From the NCBI GenBank assembly GCA_951406725.2, contig OX597814.1:22692001-22756000 (forward strand): a DNA stretch of 64,000 nt. The letters are read 5' to 3'. The position numbers and the translations under genes are program-made. The first letter of the stretch is position 1. Every line of letters begins with the position of its first letter. A model generated the notes under the pieces. The model saw nothing but the letters and a program-made list of their open reading frames with translations, was not told the origin of the DNA and did no database searches. The stretch is from Octopus vulgaris. Lineage: Eukaryota. Positions 51,693 to 64,000 of the stretch are shown piece by piece.

Positions 51693-53824
51693 TAAAATAT
51701 AAAATATAAAATATAAAATATGATAGAAATCGATAAAACTTAAAAACAAAACTGAGCACACTCGCTGTTTTAATAATATTTACTCATACATACTCACATA
51801 GGATGTGTGTGTCCGCAGTTGTATATGCGTATGCATCTATGTGTATGTATGTATGTGAGTGTGTGTGCTTGTGAATTAAAACAGACCTGTAGTTAACGTA
51901 AAGTATACCTATGATTCCAAGTCAAAGTTAGACTACTTCATACGTCAGCAACTTTTTCTATAACTATCTCACAAAAGGCTTTTGTGAAATTCTATTTTGA
52001 ATAAAGCATTTTGCTTAAAACTAGAAATTCAAAATTTCCTCACAGAAATTATTACTCAAGTTACTTTGAATTAACTTCGTTTCGCTGACATTTTTCGTTT
52101 CCCGTACTTACTAAAAACCTGTTTTATTCCAAAATTACTTTATTCGTTCCGACTTCCGACAACAAAGGCAATTTTCTCGACAAGCATTAATTTCTAGTTG
52201 CATTCATTTCCTTTTATTTAGATCAGTAATATACTTGAGAAAGTCATGAATATCACTTAATCTCATTTATATTACTATAAAAAAAAGAGAGAGACAACTG
52301 CCTCTTTAAGGAATTAATATTACTCTTAAATTCAGAATTATAACTTAACCAGCCCATTTCACCTATATAACATGATACTTGTGTGTGTGTGTGTGTGAAC
52401 ATACGCTCAACCACTCTGACATACTCGCTGTTACACATATACAAACATATAGGCTTATAGGTACTCAACTATTTTGTATCCCTGTTTCAATTGATCTTTA
52501 AGAAAGTATTTGTTATTCATGTATCTATCCATCATCATATATCTTATCTCGTTTTACCTCTAGCTAGTTGTTTTCTTGGTGAAAAGCCAATAGCCTCCAC
52601 GTCGCATCTTTAAATAAGGAAATGCTGTTCCTGAAATACAAAAAGAAAGAAATAGTATATGATTGCAACTACTGCCGAGATAGGCACAGCTTGATTATGG
52701 TTGTCTATTTATCATATATCACTTGATTTTCTTTCAAGTGAACATACAAAGACCCTAGATCACACTAGTGGTGATAGCCGCAAACCACGCACGTCTTTGA
52801 TTTTATAAGAAACTTATCAATAAAATTCCTCAACAATCCATTTGCATTGACAACGTTGTAGTATCAATCGTATTGACAACAACTTCAAACACGTTTAATA
52901 CTCATCTCTGATGCCACACTCTCACATTGTATCCTCATGTATAAAAGCATTACTTATAGAATTACCAGGAATAATTTCACATTGAATTTTTTTTTCTGTA
53001 TGCCACAGTTTAGCTATAAATTTAATTAATTTCAATTGTCACATGGCTTGTTCGTGAGTTGCGTTAAATACTAATCTTGTGAAGTACATTTTACGTGCTC
53101 TTTGTCACGCAGCTTCAATTATCTGAAATTTGGTGATATAGAGCAGAATATAAATGTTTTATATAATAATGTTTCAGAATAGGTGAGTCTCGTAACACAT
53201 CGGGTCATAGGAAATCATTGATGGCTTCGGCAGAGGCTTTTCCTGCCTACGTTGGTTCCATTAATGTAGTTGAGTTCAGCGCTGCAAATTAACGAAAGAT
53301 TAACACGTTGCACTACTCCAAAAAAAACTGTAAATAATAAAGGGCAAGAGGCATTAGATGTTAATATGTTAGTCGTTGCATATCGCAGTAGAGTTGACTT
53401 GGCACGAAATATCATGGACACTTTGACTCATAGCATATCGTCTCAGCTATCTGTGGCTCTTGATATTTATAAGTATATTACATATAATACTGTTTTAATT
53501 TTTACCTGTATTTTTTTTTTTATAAAATCCTGAATGGAACGATGGACGGTATTTTTTGCTATCGGAAAATCATTGATCTAGTAATTGATCCATAATTATG
53601 TTCAAAACTGAAAGTAAATTAGTTGGTTAAAATAACTTTAGTACTAAGTGTAGCTGAGTTGAGAAACATCGAAAGGATCAAAATCCCATTTAGACTTAGT
53701 AAAATTTAACTCAGAAAAGTAAAACTGATACCTGAATTCTCTATAACTTGTCTAAATCATTATTTTTTAATTTTTTGTTACACCTCACTTTTGAAAGCTA
53801 CTTTCAATATTACTAAGCGGGGGT

Positions 53825-54025
53825 AAGGCAGCGAGATGGCAGAACCATCAGCACACTGGGCAAAATAGCGGCATTTCGTCTGTCTTTATATTCTGGATTC
53901 AAATTCCGCTTTCATCCTTTCAGTGTCGATGAAATAATTACCAGTTGTGTACTGTGGTCGATGTAATCGCGTCACCCTCATTCGAAGTTGCTAACCTTGT
54001 GCCAAAATTCGAAACCAATATTATT
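53825..54025 (+). mobile_element. Degenerate family B-headed SINE with alternative tail
   Basis: AAGGCAGCGAGATGGCAGAA...TTCAAATTCCGCTTTCATCCTTTC...CTTGTGCCAAAATTCGAAACCAATATT. Confidence 0.72.
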
Positions 54026-56199
54026 CAATAGTCGTAATATAATTTCCCAAAATTTAATAACTAAATACTCATTTGAATTGTGGTAAAATAAAATAGATGA
54101 ACTTTTAACAGACAGCATAAGAATTCTGATAGCAATATATTCTATTTGCCATGGGCTAATCGATTTCTATTAGACACTCACTACATTCTTATAAACCATA
54201 AACAACTTTGGAAACAATGATTTTTTCGCAAATATCTCCATATAATGCAAAAATATTTTAACACGCAACTGCTTTAAGAGCATACTGAAACTAATATTCT
54301 TTGGAATGTTCAGTATTTGGTCATTTCCGCTGCACTATGGGTTCAAATCGCTCTGGGATCAACGTTGCTTTTCATCTCTTGATGGTAAAACATGTATTAC
54401 GTGGGTTAACACTCCTTCCTCAAAGCACCCAATTTTGTATTAATAACGTAGGAAATTAATATTTCTTTGGTATAATTTACACACAGGGAAAAACAAATCC
54501 ATATACAAACATAAATACATCATCGCTATCCTCTCTTATCTCGATTTATGTACTAACCTAGATTCATAGGATATCCAAGATGGATTACACATTAATTTAC
54601 AGCACTACGTCAAAACCAAGCATCAGACAGTGTACCAGATAAATTTCTACCTTATCTAAACGTAATATATTCGGTATACCAGGTCAATGAATCGCATATA
54701 AACTGATGGCAGGCTATAATTGTATCAAGGCTGCTCAAGCCAAAGCAACTACCTTCTCTTCGAACTTTAACAACATCATTACAAGCTGAATTACTCCGCA
54801 AAATAAACTATAAAACACACGTACAATATAAAGCTACCATAATTGTGTGCTTAAATACAGTGCTTACAATTATATGTCAAGCCTTTGCATGCACTTGAGC
54901 AAGATAACAATATACGATAACTATACAACATTTTTTATGTGAAATTTGTTATATTAGGCTGGAATTTGTCAAATAATATTGAAGTGTCTAGTTTAAAATA
55001 TGGAAGCTACGATGAGACAAATTATGTTGTATTAAAGGTGTTTGCTACTGCTTAATAAACAATTATGCTACTGTAATCGCACAAATAATAACCTAAAATG
55101 AGCAAAACCTGTTCGACCTGCTAGAAATATTAATAAAATTTTCTTCATGTCACGTATTACCGTCTTTAACAAAGAACGGTATATGGGATAATGTAGCTCT
55201 ACTTACTTTTGAATGAGACGATGAGATCTTAAATACATTTCATCATAGATCAGGAGTTAAACAACAGCAATAACAATAAAAAACTTCAATTCTAGATACT
55301 CTATCGGAAAATCCGGTGGATCAGTTTCTTAAGACATAACAAAGTGATGATCAAAAGATAAATTGTGATTTGCAAAATATGAAAATATAACGCAAAATAA
55401 TGCGTACGTACATACATGCATGCATACATATATATACACATACATACATACATATCTATGTGTGTATATATATGTATGTGTGTGTATAGTGTATACAGAT
55501 AGATATCAATTATACATATAAAGTATACATAAAGAAATATTAAAAAACAAGCAAGCATATATTTCCTGCAGTTATTAGTATGTTTGCTTATGTTAAGATA
55601 TCTTGTCTGAATCAATAAGTAATTTTTGCAAGCAAATGTATTCAACATAAATTATGTGTTAATCTACCATACAGTTTGGAAGCTGAAAGTGAGAAAAAAA
55701 TATTTAAAAAATACCTTGAGGATAATCCAGAAAGAATTTATATTCTAGATGTTCGTTCTATTTCTACTATTGTATTTATGTTATTTATTATTCTGTCTAA
55801 CTATAACTGCTTTTCCTATATAAAATGAATTCTATTTGAAGTTAGACTAAGCTGGTCCTTTCTCCTCCCAACAACAGCAAACACTATAATTATACGAAGA
55901 CGAACATCGAATGCACACCTTGTTATTTCTCTCAACAGTTACAGTGACGTTCGTATTCACATTTTATCGGAAGGGCATAAAATTCCTTTCCTCCTCATAA
56001 ATATTTCCTGTATTTTAACAGATTTATTTTTATACATCTTCCCTCCTTCATGTTTATGATGGTATAGGTTTTTGGTGGTGCAACTACTACAGCTTATGTT
56101 GCTGCTATTGCTGCTGCTGCCACGGCCACCGCCGCCGCTACTGTTGCAGATGCAGCAGCTGCTACTACTAAGTATTTCTAATTTGGGCTATGCCCACAT

Positions 56200-57027
56200 T
56201 GTGATACTCTGCTCATTGTTTGAAAGTCGAGCAACGGAACTTGGATAGAAAAACTAGGAAGCCGCTCACAATGCACAACGCACTCCACCCTAAAAGCAAT
56301 ACCGACCAAGAAAGGTAGGAGGCAGAGGATTACCAAATGCAGAAGACACTATTAATATTGCGATACTGGATCTAAAACATGTTGTGCATAGTGAAGAGTA
56401 ATATGGACAGCCAGGAATACCCAAAAAGAGACCGAAAAGTAGGAGAACATGAAGAGAAAAGGAAGAGCAACAGAAGAAACAAATGGAAAATAAAATTTGC
56501 ATGACCAGCTCATGCAAGAAACCAAGAATGTTGGAAGTAAAGACAGCTGGCTTTGATTGACGGACAGGACTTAAAACGGGTGACAGGAACACTAATTATA
56601 GCTTTCAGGAGTAAGCTAGAACAAGTCTGCTAAAGGCAAAGATCAGCAAACCCCAGTCAAACACCAAATGTAGAATCTACAGGAAAAGAGATGAAAGTAT
56701 CAATCACTCTTTTGAGTGATTGCTATATACTAGCACAGAAGGAGTATAAGCACAGGCATGACTGTATAGGCAAAAGAGTGAAGTAGGATGTTAGCCGAGC
56801 GTGTGGCTTCAAAACAACAGTAAAGTGGTATGAAGATCAACCAGAAGCTGTGCTAGAAAATGAGAATTACAAGATTCTTGTGAGACACCGCCCTAAAGAC
56901 TGACCATACTATTTAGGTAAGAATACCAGACATGGTTAAAGAGACAAAATAAATAGACAGTACAAGATCATAGATTTTGCAAGAGTTGATACCAAAGAAA
57001 TGGAAAATATTGAGAAATACCAGGACA
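56200..57027 (+). mobile_element. R4/Dong-like restriction-endonuclease LINE fragment (post-RT, CCHC knuckle, RLE)
   Basis: Motifs LDRKTRKPLTMHNALHPK, GGRGL, CRIYRKRDESINH, LAQKEYKHRHD, WYEDQPEAVLENENYKIL, IPDMV, KIIDFA and KEMENIEKYQD. Confidence 0.85.
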
Positions 57028-57189
57028 AAAGAAAACTACTTTGCTTGCCCTGTTAAAGGAGAGCGGCAAGGATATCTTCGCTATGGATGTGGCCGATAGA
57101 CGGATCTTGGTGTAGGTGTCCTCAATTGATCTATATGTGTTAGTGTAAATGTGATGTTAACCACAGAGGTCGTTTAGTTTGCCTTAGCT

Positions 57190-58330
57190 GGTGGCAGAAA
57201 GCCTTTTGGATGGGTGGTAATTCCATTGGCATATTTTGCCTTTGTCCCCTCTATCACCACTTTTGTGGACTCTGGTCTTCCATGTAAACGATATTGGAGA
57301 TATTGTTAAAGTTTTCTACTGTGAGCAGTATTTCCACCTCCATCCTGATCATTGACCAGTTTTCCTTCGGGTGGATTTCATGATGAATATATCCCCATAT
57401 TCATCCAGTGTCATTCCGAAATACTGGATGTTAAGTCATGCTGTCATATTCGTAAACGTATTCCCTCGTCTTCCATATAGGATGGAATTAAAGTATGTTC
57501 TGAAGAGCATGTGGGTAAAGCCATCTTTTTCTAGTTTCTTCGCTATGGCATATTGCTACTGGAAATCCAAACTCCAGACATCTTTCAGGCATTTTTCAGG
57601 TATTTTTCAGCTTGTGCTGGGGTCAGAGTTTTAATTCTTTTAGCCTTCATGTTAAGCAATAAATAAGCCACAATTTTTTTGCGTGATGTGACCTTTTTCA
57701 CCAGGTGCTAGAGCAAGGAGATTAGGTTTCACTAAGCATTTTCTGAAATCTTTCCCAAAATCATCGTCGAAAAAGTGTTTTACCCGTCTCTTGAATAATT
57801 TTGGCGAAAATTTGTTGTTGGTTTTCTTCTTGTTGTTGGCAGTTGTGTTAAAAATGTTCATATTTTGTTGTCTTGAAATCTGTTGTTTTTGTAGTTGTTG
57901 CGGATGTAGCTGTTAGTGGTGGGGCTTTGATGTTTCCTTTGAGAAACGTTTTCCTTTTTAATTCGTCTTCAAATTTGCGGTTATTGTCTTTAATGTTGCT
58001 CTTATTGTTGTCGTTAGTGATGTCAGTATTTTCATTGTTAAAATTTTCCATTTTCTCTTTATCTTCGAAATTGTTGATGACATTTACGCTTTCTGTTCTC
58101 AAAGCGGTGACATAACTCTCCCGCTTACGTATTCTTTCACTGCGTTCTGATAACGTTCCTCACTCTTTCTCGCCTTTCTCTCTTAAACAAGCTTTAGTGT
58201 GTCGTCTTCTCCATGGAGGGAAAGAACAAAATTTTCCATTAGAGAAACAAAGTGAAATAGAGATGTCTCACTAAATAGAGGTTAATGTACGAAAACAAAC
58301 TCACCAGTCAACTCCAAACAATTCGTTTTC
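57190..58330 (-). mobile_element. L1/Tx1-like LINE 5' region with decayed ORF1
   Basis: N/K/T-rich N-terminus (ORF 57848-58102), a TLIPSYM..GRR motif, and VVIEG followed by a degenerate knuckle. Resembles 30940-31497. Confidence 0.5.
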
Positions 58331-61094
58331 CACAATAGTATAAATTTCAAAACTAAATGTAACAGTTTTTCATGAGCTATACTCGATTAATGAGCTCATT
58401 ATTAGCTATAAAGACTCGAAAACACAATAATGTACAGAAAAACATTACACATTTAGAACTGGACAAAGGATAGAGCTCAGCAAAGATGAGGACGAATTAA
58501 ATCTTTAATAAGATATGAAATATATAAATATCATAATCTCTTAATAACTAAATCAAGAGAGACGAATTTAGAAAACATGTAAAACGCAGTACCCACTCAC
58601 ACACGGAAAAGAAACTAGCAATATTAGTTGGAGAATTCCATTACTCAGCCTTGCGTAATTCCTCGTACAAAAATTGGAGCACCCAAAAGCAACCGCGAAA
58701 GGTATGGGAATATTAAGTGTTCGGGAATTATTCCAATGTGGTTGCGTTCTCTTTCTTTCATGAACTCTTCCTTCCGATGAAAATATTTCATGTTTTTTAG
58801 CTTGAAGATAGTCCCCGCGTCACTTTTTATGCAAGTTGAACATATTATTAGTTTGCTTATTTGCTGTGCATTATTGCCTCCTGTACATCTGCTTGCATGA
58901 TATACATTATAACATCAATGCCACGTCGAATCTTTGAAACAGCTGTAAAGGTATCTTTCATCTTGTAATGTGAATATGCATACTATCTAACTATCTTTTG
59001 TCCGCTTATTACACGCTGGAGCTATGTATTTCTTATAACCGACCCTTGTTCTGCTGGACTACACTGGTTAGAAGGTCTGACCACTAATTCGTTGTGTATT
59101 CATCTATTCTATGCTTGTTCGAAAGAGAGAGAGAGAGAGAGAGGAGAAAGAAGAGAGAGAGAAGGGAGAGTTTTGTATTGACAAGGGGAAGACTTTAATG
59201 TCTGAAAACAACACAGCAAGAGCATAAACAATGAATTTACGTGAAATATGCCAGAGTAAATAATATGCTAGCAAACTCGTATCATCGATGCACAAATACA
59301 AGAAAAACTATAATAAACCATATGCTGTATATGTAGTGAAGGTTAATTTGAGTGGTAAATGTAACTATGAGATGTAGTGGTTACGCGTTTGAATGTAACA
59401 AAATGGTATAAAGAGAATATATAATTAGACATAACTATGTAAAATGAGGGAGTCACACTTTAGGGTGAAAAACTGTTTAGTACTGAATTTTTCTATGGCG
59501 TTGCGATAGACATAACCAGATGAAATTCGAACTGATATAGTATATCAACTTATAAACAATTTCAGAAAGAAACCACTGATTGTTCTCCTTAACAAGAAAA
59601 ATCGATATGGTGCATTGATCACATTTTACATTTATTCTTATTAAACAAGACTTAATTACATCAAAATCACACCTGTGTTATATCTGTTCAAATACAGAGT
59701 TCGTGTTAACTCACGAATTTTGAAAATATTAACATTTCATATTATTTGTATTTTAATTTCTTTTTACTAATTTGAATTTACCATTTCTAAAGTATCTTGC
59801 CATTAAAGGTAGAATTAATCTCTACTGTACTAATTGGTTATAACGAAAACGTGGTAAGAGATGAATTAAAGATCTGTGTGTATGAGAATGTGTGTATAGT
59901 AGAGCGGGAATGAGTATTGTGTTTGTGCGCATGTTAGGAAGTAGTTACGATGCTGTCAGAGACTACCGTTTACTGTTTGACAGCCGTAGATATGTCTCGT
60001 ATTTTTATATTTCATTAAAAGCATACCTTGGCACAATTACACATTATTTCAGTGTATCTAATAACACGTTGAGAATTATATAATTGCAGGAATGCAACGG
60101 AAAATGATAGCTGCCAAGGCATATTTGGATCACAAATAATAAAAGAAACCAAAAGTTAATACAAGCTATGCGATAGGATAGGGAAATCATGAGATGATAT
60201 GTTGACAAAGCATGAACAGAATGGAATATAAAGAACATACAAATTAACAGAGAAGGAAAGGATGAATTAGAAAGTCGTAAAGGAAGTAGAAATAGAGAGA
60301 TACAGAGAGACTGGACTCCTGGACTCTTGAAAACAGACGAGAAACGAAATATACAACATATGAATGTAGACGGAAAGCAAAATGGGGGAATGGGAGGGGG
60401 CAGTTTAAAAAAATCTGATAACAACACACTGAAAGAGAAGCTATTATGTAGACCAATCAGTGCTATAAACGAAAAATGTTTTCGAAAAAAAAAATGGAAG
60501 TTCTCATAATGCAACAGTTTTCAATAATAATGAAAGGTAGTATCATATGAAGCAGAGGAAAATTGCACTGAGAAAAGACAAGCTATCAAAATAAGGGAGT
60601 CAAAGAAATAACATTAGAAACTGCACAAAAGATATTAATTGAAAAGCTAATGGGCATATAGATGGACCACAGATAGGTTATTAATTTTAAGTACACGATA
60701 GATATTACTTAATAATAGCAAACTAACTAAAGTGAATATTCTAATCGCTACATAGAAACGTTACTATAATTATTGTGAAAAGATTTTGATACTTTCTCAG
60801 TGAATCTGAAGAGAAATACTTTTCACAGAGGCTTCCTTAAAGTATGTCTTTGAAAGAATTCCATTTAGCTAATAACAAATTCATAAGGCATTGTCCTAAT
60901 AATGTTTCACAACTATAAAATCAGGCTTTTAATTTGACGACTAATTAGTAAAAGTGCCATTTCATATTGATTGCACTGTCTCCATATGTGCATGTTTTTT
61001 AAAATAAAATGTATGGAGCTTCTATTGAGAGTAAAATATTTGATTATATCTAAATGACAGGTAAAGGAATATTATTGCACTATTATATTGTTCT

Positions 61095-61468
61095 TCAAAC
61101 TTTGGGCCTCACAGAGGAGATGACATGCGACAGAGACTTCTGGCGATTTGCTGTGCTTGAGAAGACATGTCTAGCCAAGTAAAATCATGGTCATCTATAC
61201 ATACAGGCAAGTCTCTCTGTCAGCTAATAGATTCTTGTCATGTGGGCTTTTAGGTGCTGGCGCCACATAAAAAGCACCCGTGCCGGTACCACGTATAAAG
61301 CACCTACTATACTCTGTAAAATGGTTGGCGTTAGGAATGGCATCCAGCCATAGAAACCATGTCAAAACAGGCAACGTAAACTTAGCTCCCCGGCTGATCA
61401 GCTCCTATTAAACCGTCCAACCCATGCCTGCATAGAAAATGGCCGTTAAATGATGATGATTATTATTA
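61095..61468 (+). mobile_element. LINE 3' end (RTE-like): ORF end plus 3' UTR with (TGA)n/(TTA)n tail
   Basis: Translates GLTEEMTCDRDFWRFAVLEKTCLAK*. UTR contains GGTTGGCGTTAGGAATGGCATCCAGCC and ends GTTAAATGATGATGATTATT. Confidence 0.7.
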
Positions 61469-61504
61469 TACATACACATAAATAATATACAGGTAGTTTT
61501 ATAT

Positions 61505-61643
<139 letters not shown>

Positions 61644-62232
61644 AAATGTATATTCATTCTTATGTTCCTGCTTACTCGAACATGAAAGTGGCTCATCGCT
61701 GTAGACTAGCGTATCGGATGACAACTTACGACGTGAGTAAACAACGTACCTTCTCCAGAGGACTTCAGTCAACTACCGTGGACAGCGTTTCGGCATAATT
61801 TTCACCTCCTCAGTAATAGACACCCAAACCTTTGAAAATATTAGAAGCTGCAAATTTTATCTATAGAAATCAGCATGAAAAACATTTGCTAATGTGTACA
61901 ATGGTGTGCAAGCCCGGCTAAATCATTACAGGCACGGAAACACAGCGTAAATCAAATTATTGATAGATGCTTTCATTCTTATCACACTCCTGTAAACAGG
62001 AAGGTGAAAATAGATCATTCCTATAGGGTATCCTTTCGACGAACGACTTCTCCTGATAAACGATTTGTACTAACAACACACTTGCTCCAAGGAACATAAA
62101 CGGGCTGCTAGATACAATGCGATACCCATCAGCGTAATGCTATTTTCACGTTTGAGTGTGCATAAACGTAGAAGAATGGATGCGCACACCAATAGTTTGA
62201 TTCTTGTACTAACAGTACATACACACACATAC

Positions 62233-62285
<53 letters not shown>

Positions 62286-62324
62286 ATTAGAACATATGTC
62301 AAAAGGAGACTTAATCATAATAAA

Positions 62325-62366
<42 letters not shown>

Positions 62367-63059
62367 TGAAGACGAAAATTGAGGGATTTATACTTTATAT
62401 AAAATTTTTTGATATAAGTAAAATAGTGTTTTTATATATATATAATATTTTGCTAAAATTGATTAAAAATCTGATTTTTCCGTATATATATATTTATTAA
62501 TATATTGTACGATTCATTTCGTTCTTTCCACTCTTTCTTTCGCTCCCCCTCTCTCACATTTCTTGGCACTCCCTTCATTCTCACCTTCCATCCTCTTTCA
62601 CTTCACTCTGTCCCTTTTCTTTTTTTCTTTCTTTCTCGTCCCTCCCTAATTCTTCTATCCCTCTGCCTCCACCTCTATTCTCTCCTTCCACGTGACCAGT
62701 GTTCTACCAAGCCTGACCTTTCACTCTTGGTTCGACTACTATCCGTGCAACATCTATATTCTTTCCCATGCTTGTCATCTCTTATGTCCCTGTCGTGAGG
62801 CTTCACTTCTACACACGCCAGCTTAATTTAATTCGTCCTGAGTGGAAAGACACCTGTTGCTTGCATTTGTATTTGTGTATCATTTCTCCGTTAAAATTAA
62901 TATAAACAGCAGGTTGCAATATTTCACCAAATAACCTGCAGTTTATATTAATTTTGTGAATACACATTAGCAAATTGCTAAATCATTCACTAGTTTGGAT
63001 GACGAATACATATATACTACTAAAGAAACAGGTCTGGAAAAAGCCGAACACTGACCTGG

Positions 63060-63109
63060 CTTAACTGATGACAGCAACGGAAACTGCCGAATCTGACGTC
63101 AGTTTTAAG
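63060..63109 (+). ncRNA. Type I hammerhead ribozyme-like motif (one core substitution)
   Basis: CUUAA CUGAUGA c AGCAacggaaacUGCC GAAU CUGACGUCAG UU|UUAAG. Perfect stem I, palindromic stem III, GAAA>GAAU. Confidence 0.65.
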
Positions 63110-63309
63110 AATCCCCGGACGGCATTTTTCGGACCATTATGGTCCCTGTTAGTGTATATGCTTTCATTCACATGAGTTCACTACAGCACTAGAGGATTTT
63201 AGTTCTTATTTCTAGCAATGTAGGCGTCATTTAACAACCTAATCATATTCAGTGGCAATTAAAATCCTCTCGCTTAAGTGACGTATATATATTTATATAT
63301 TTATGTGTG

Positions 63310-63350
<41 letters not shown>

Positions 63351-64000
63351 GTATACATATACATATATGCATACACACATATGTATGTATGTATGTATAC
63401 ATATATGTATATTTATATGTGTGTATGTACATATGACTCACACACAATGATATAATTATGACTGATATTTGCAACTAGTTCTTTCAAACAAAAAATACTC
63501 CACCCTATAAGGAAAAGATAGGTATGCTTTTGGTTATATTGAGACCCATTATATTGCTAGTGGATAAGTTAATATTATACGAAACGTTAGATTTGATCGA
63601 CAAATTAACTCTAGTTCAGGTCTTTTTACTTTCGAATTAGTTTACGCTTTAGCATAAGGAGCAATCACCCCTTCTAATATAGTAGTCTATATAATACCAA
63701 ACTAACCAGACAGACTACTCTTACTTCATATAGAACAGCAAATCCCAATGTAAATAGCGTGGTTCAAATCCAATTTCGGAATAATGACGAAAGATTGTCG
63801 AAGATAAAATGTTCTGCGTCCGAAAAATTCGATAAAATGCAAAATGCTCTTGTATATATTACACAGTGAACAACAAATATACGATAAATGCGACAACGCA
63901 TCATTTACTGCAAACAAAACCTGATTAATATTTTCCCAAGAGAAATATCAAAGGTTTAGTTTATACGGTTTTTTTTTCTTTTTTTCTTTCTTTTTTTTTG

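Noticed and set aside
60044-60514. 156-aa hydrophobic ORF
   Set aside because: F/L/S bias reflects the complement of A/G-rich sequence; no recognisable motif or splice signal.

Overview
AT-rich, microsatellite-dense eukaryotic genomic DNA. The SINE types, simple-repeat load and TE mix suggest an octopus or other cephalopod (inference). I could not support any intact host protein-coding exon; most ORFs in the track are microsatellite artefacts. The window holds decayed transposable elements: a CR1/L2-like LINE with a CCCH finger and AP-endonuclease (1-1335), a Ty3/Gypsy fragment with LTR and PBS (2125-3925), four Tc1/mariner elements (DD41D-, DD37D-, DD34E- and DD34D-like), RTE, R4/Dong-like and Tx1-like LINE remnants, Helitron ends, nested MITEs and many tRNA-derived SINEs. 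Two signals stand out. (1) Type I hammerhead-ribozyme (HHR) motifs recur across the window. They include a ~330-bp tandem dimer at 18125-18763 with one HHR per unit (non-LTR retrozyme architecture) and several Penelope-type minimal HHRs with palindromic stem III. (2) One SINE family forms head-to-tail multimers at a fixed junction located at an internal hairpin. All calls are by eye; no searches were run.
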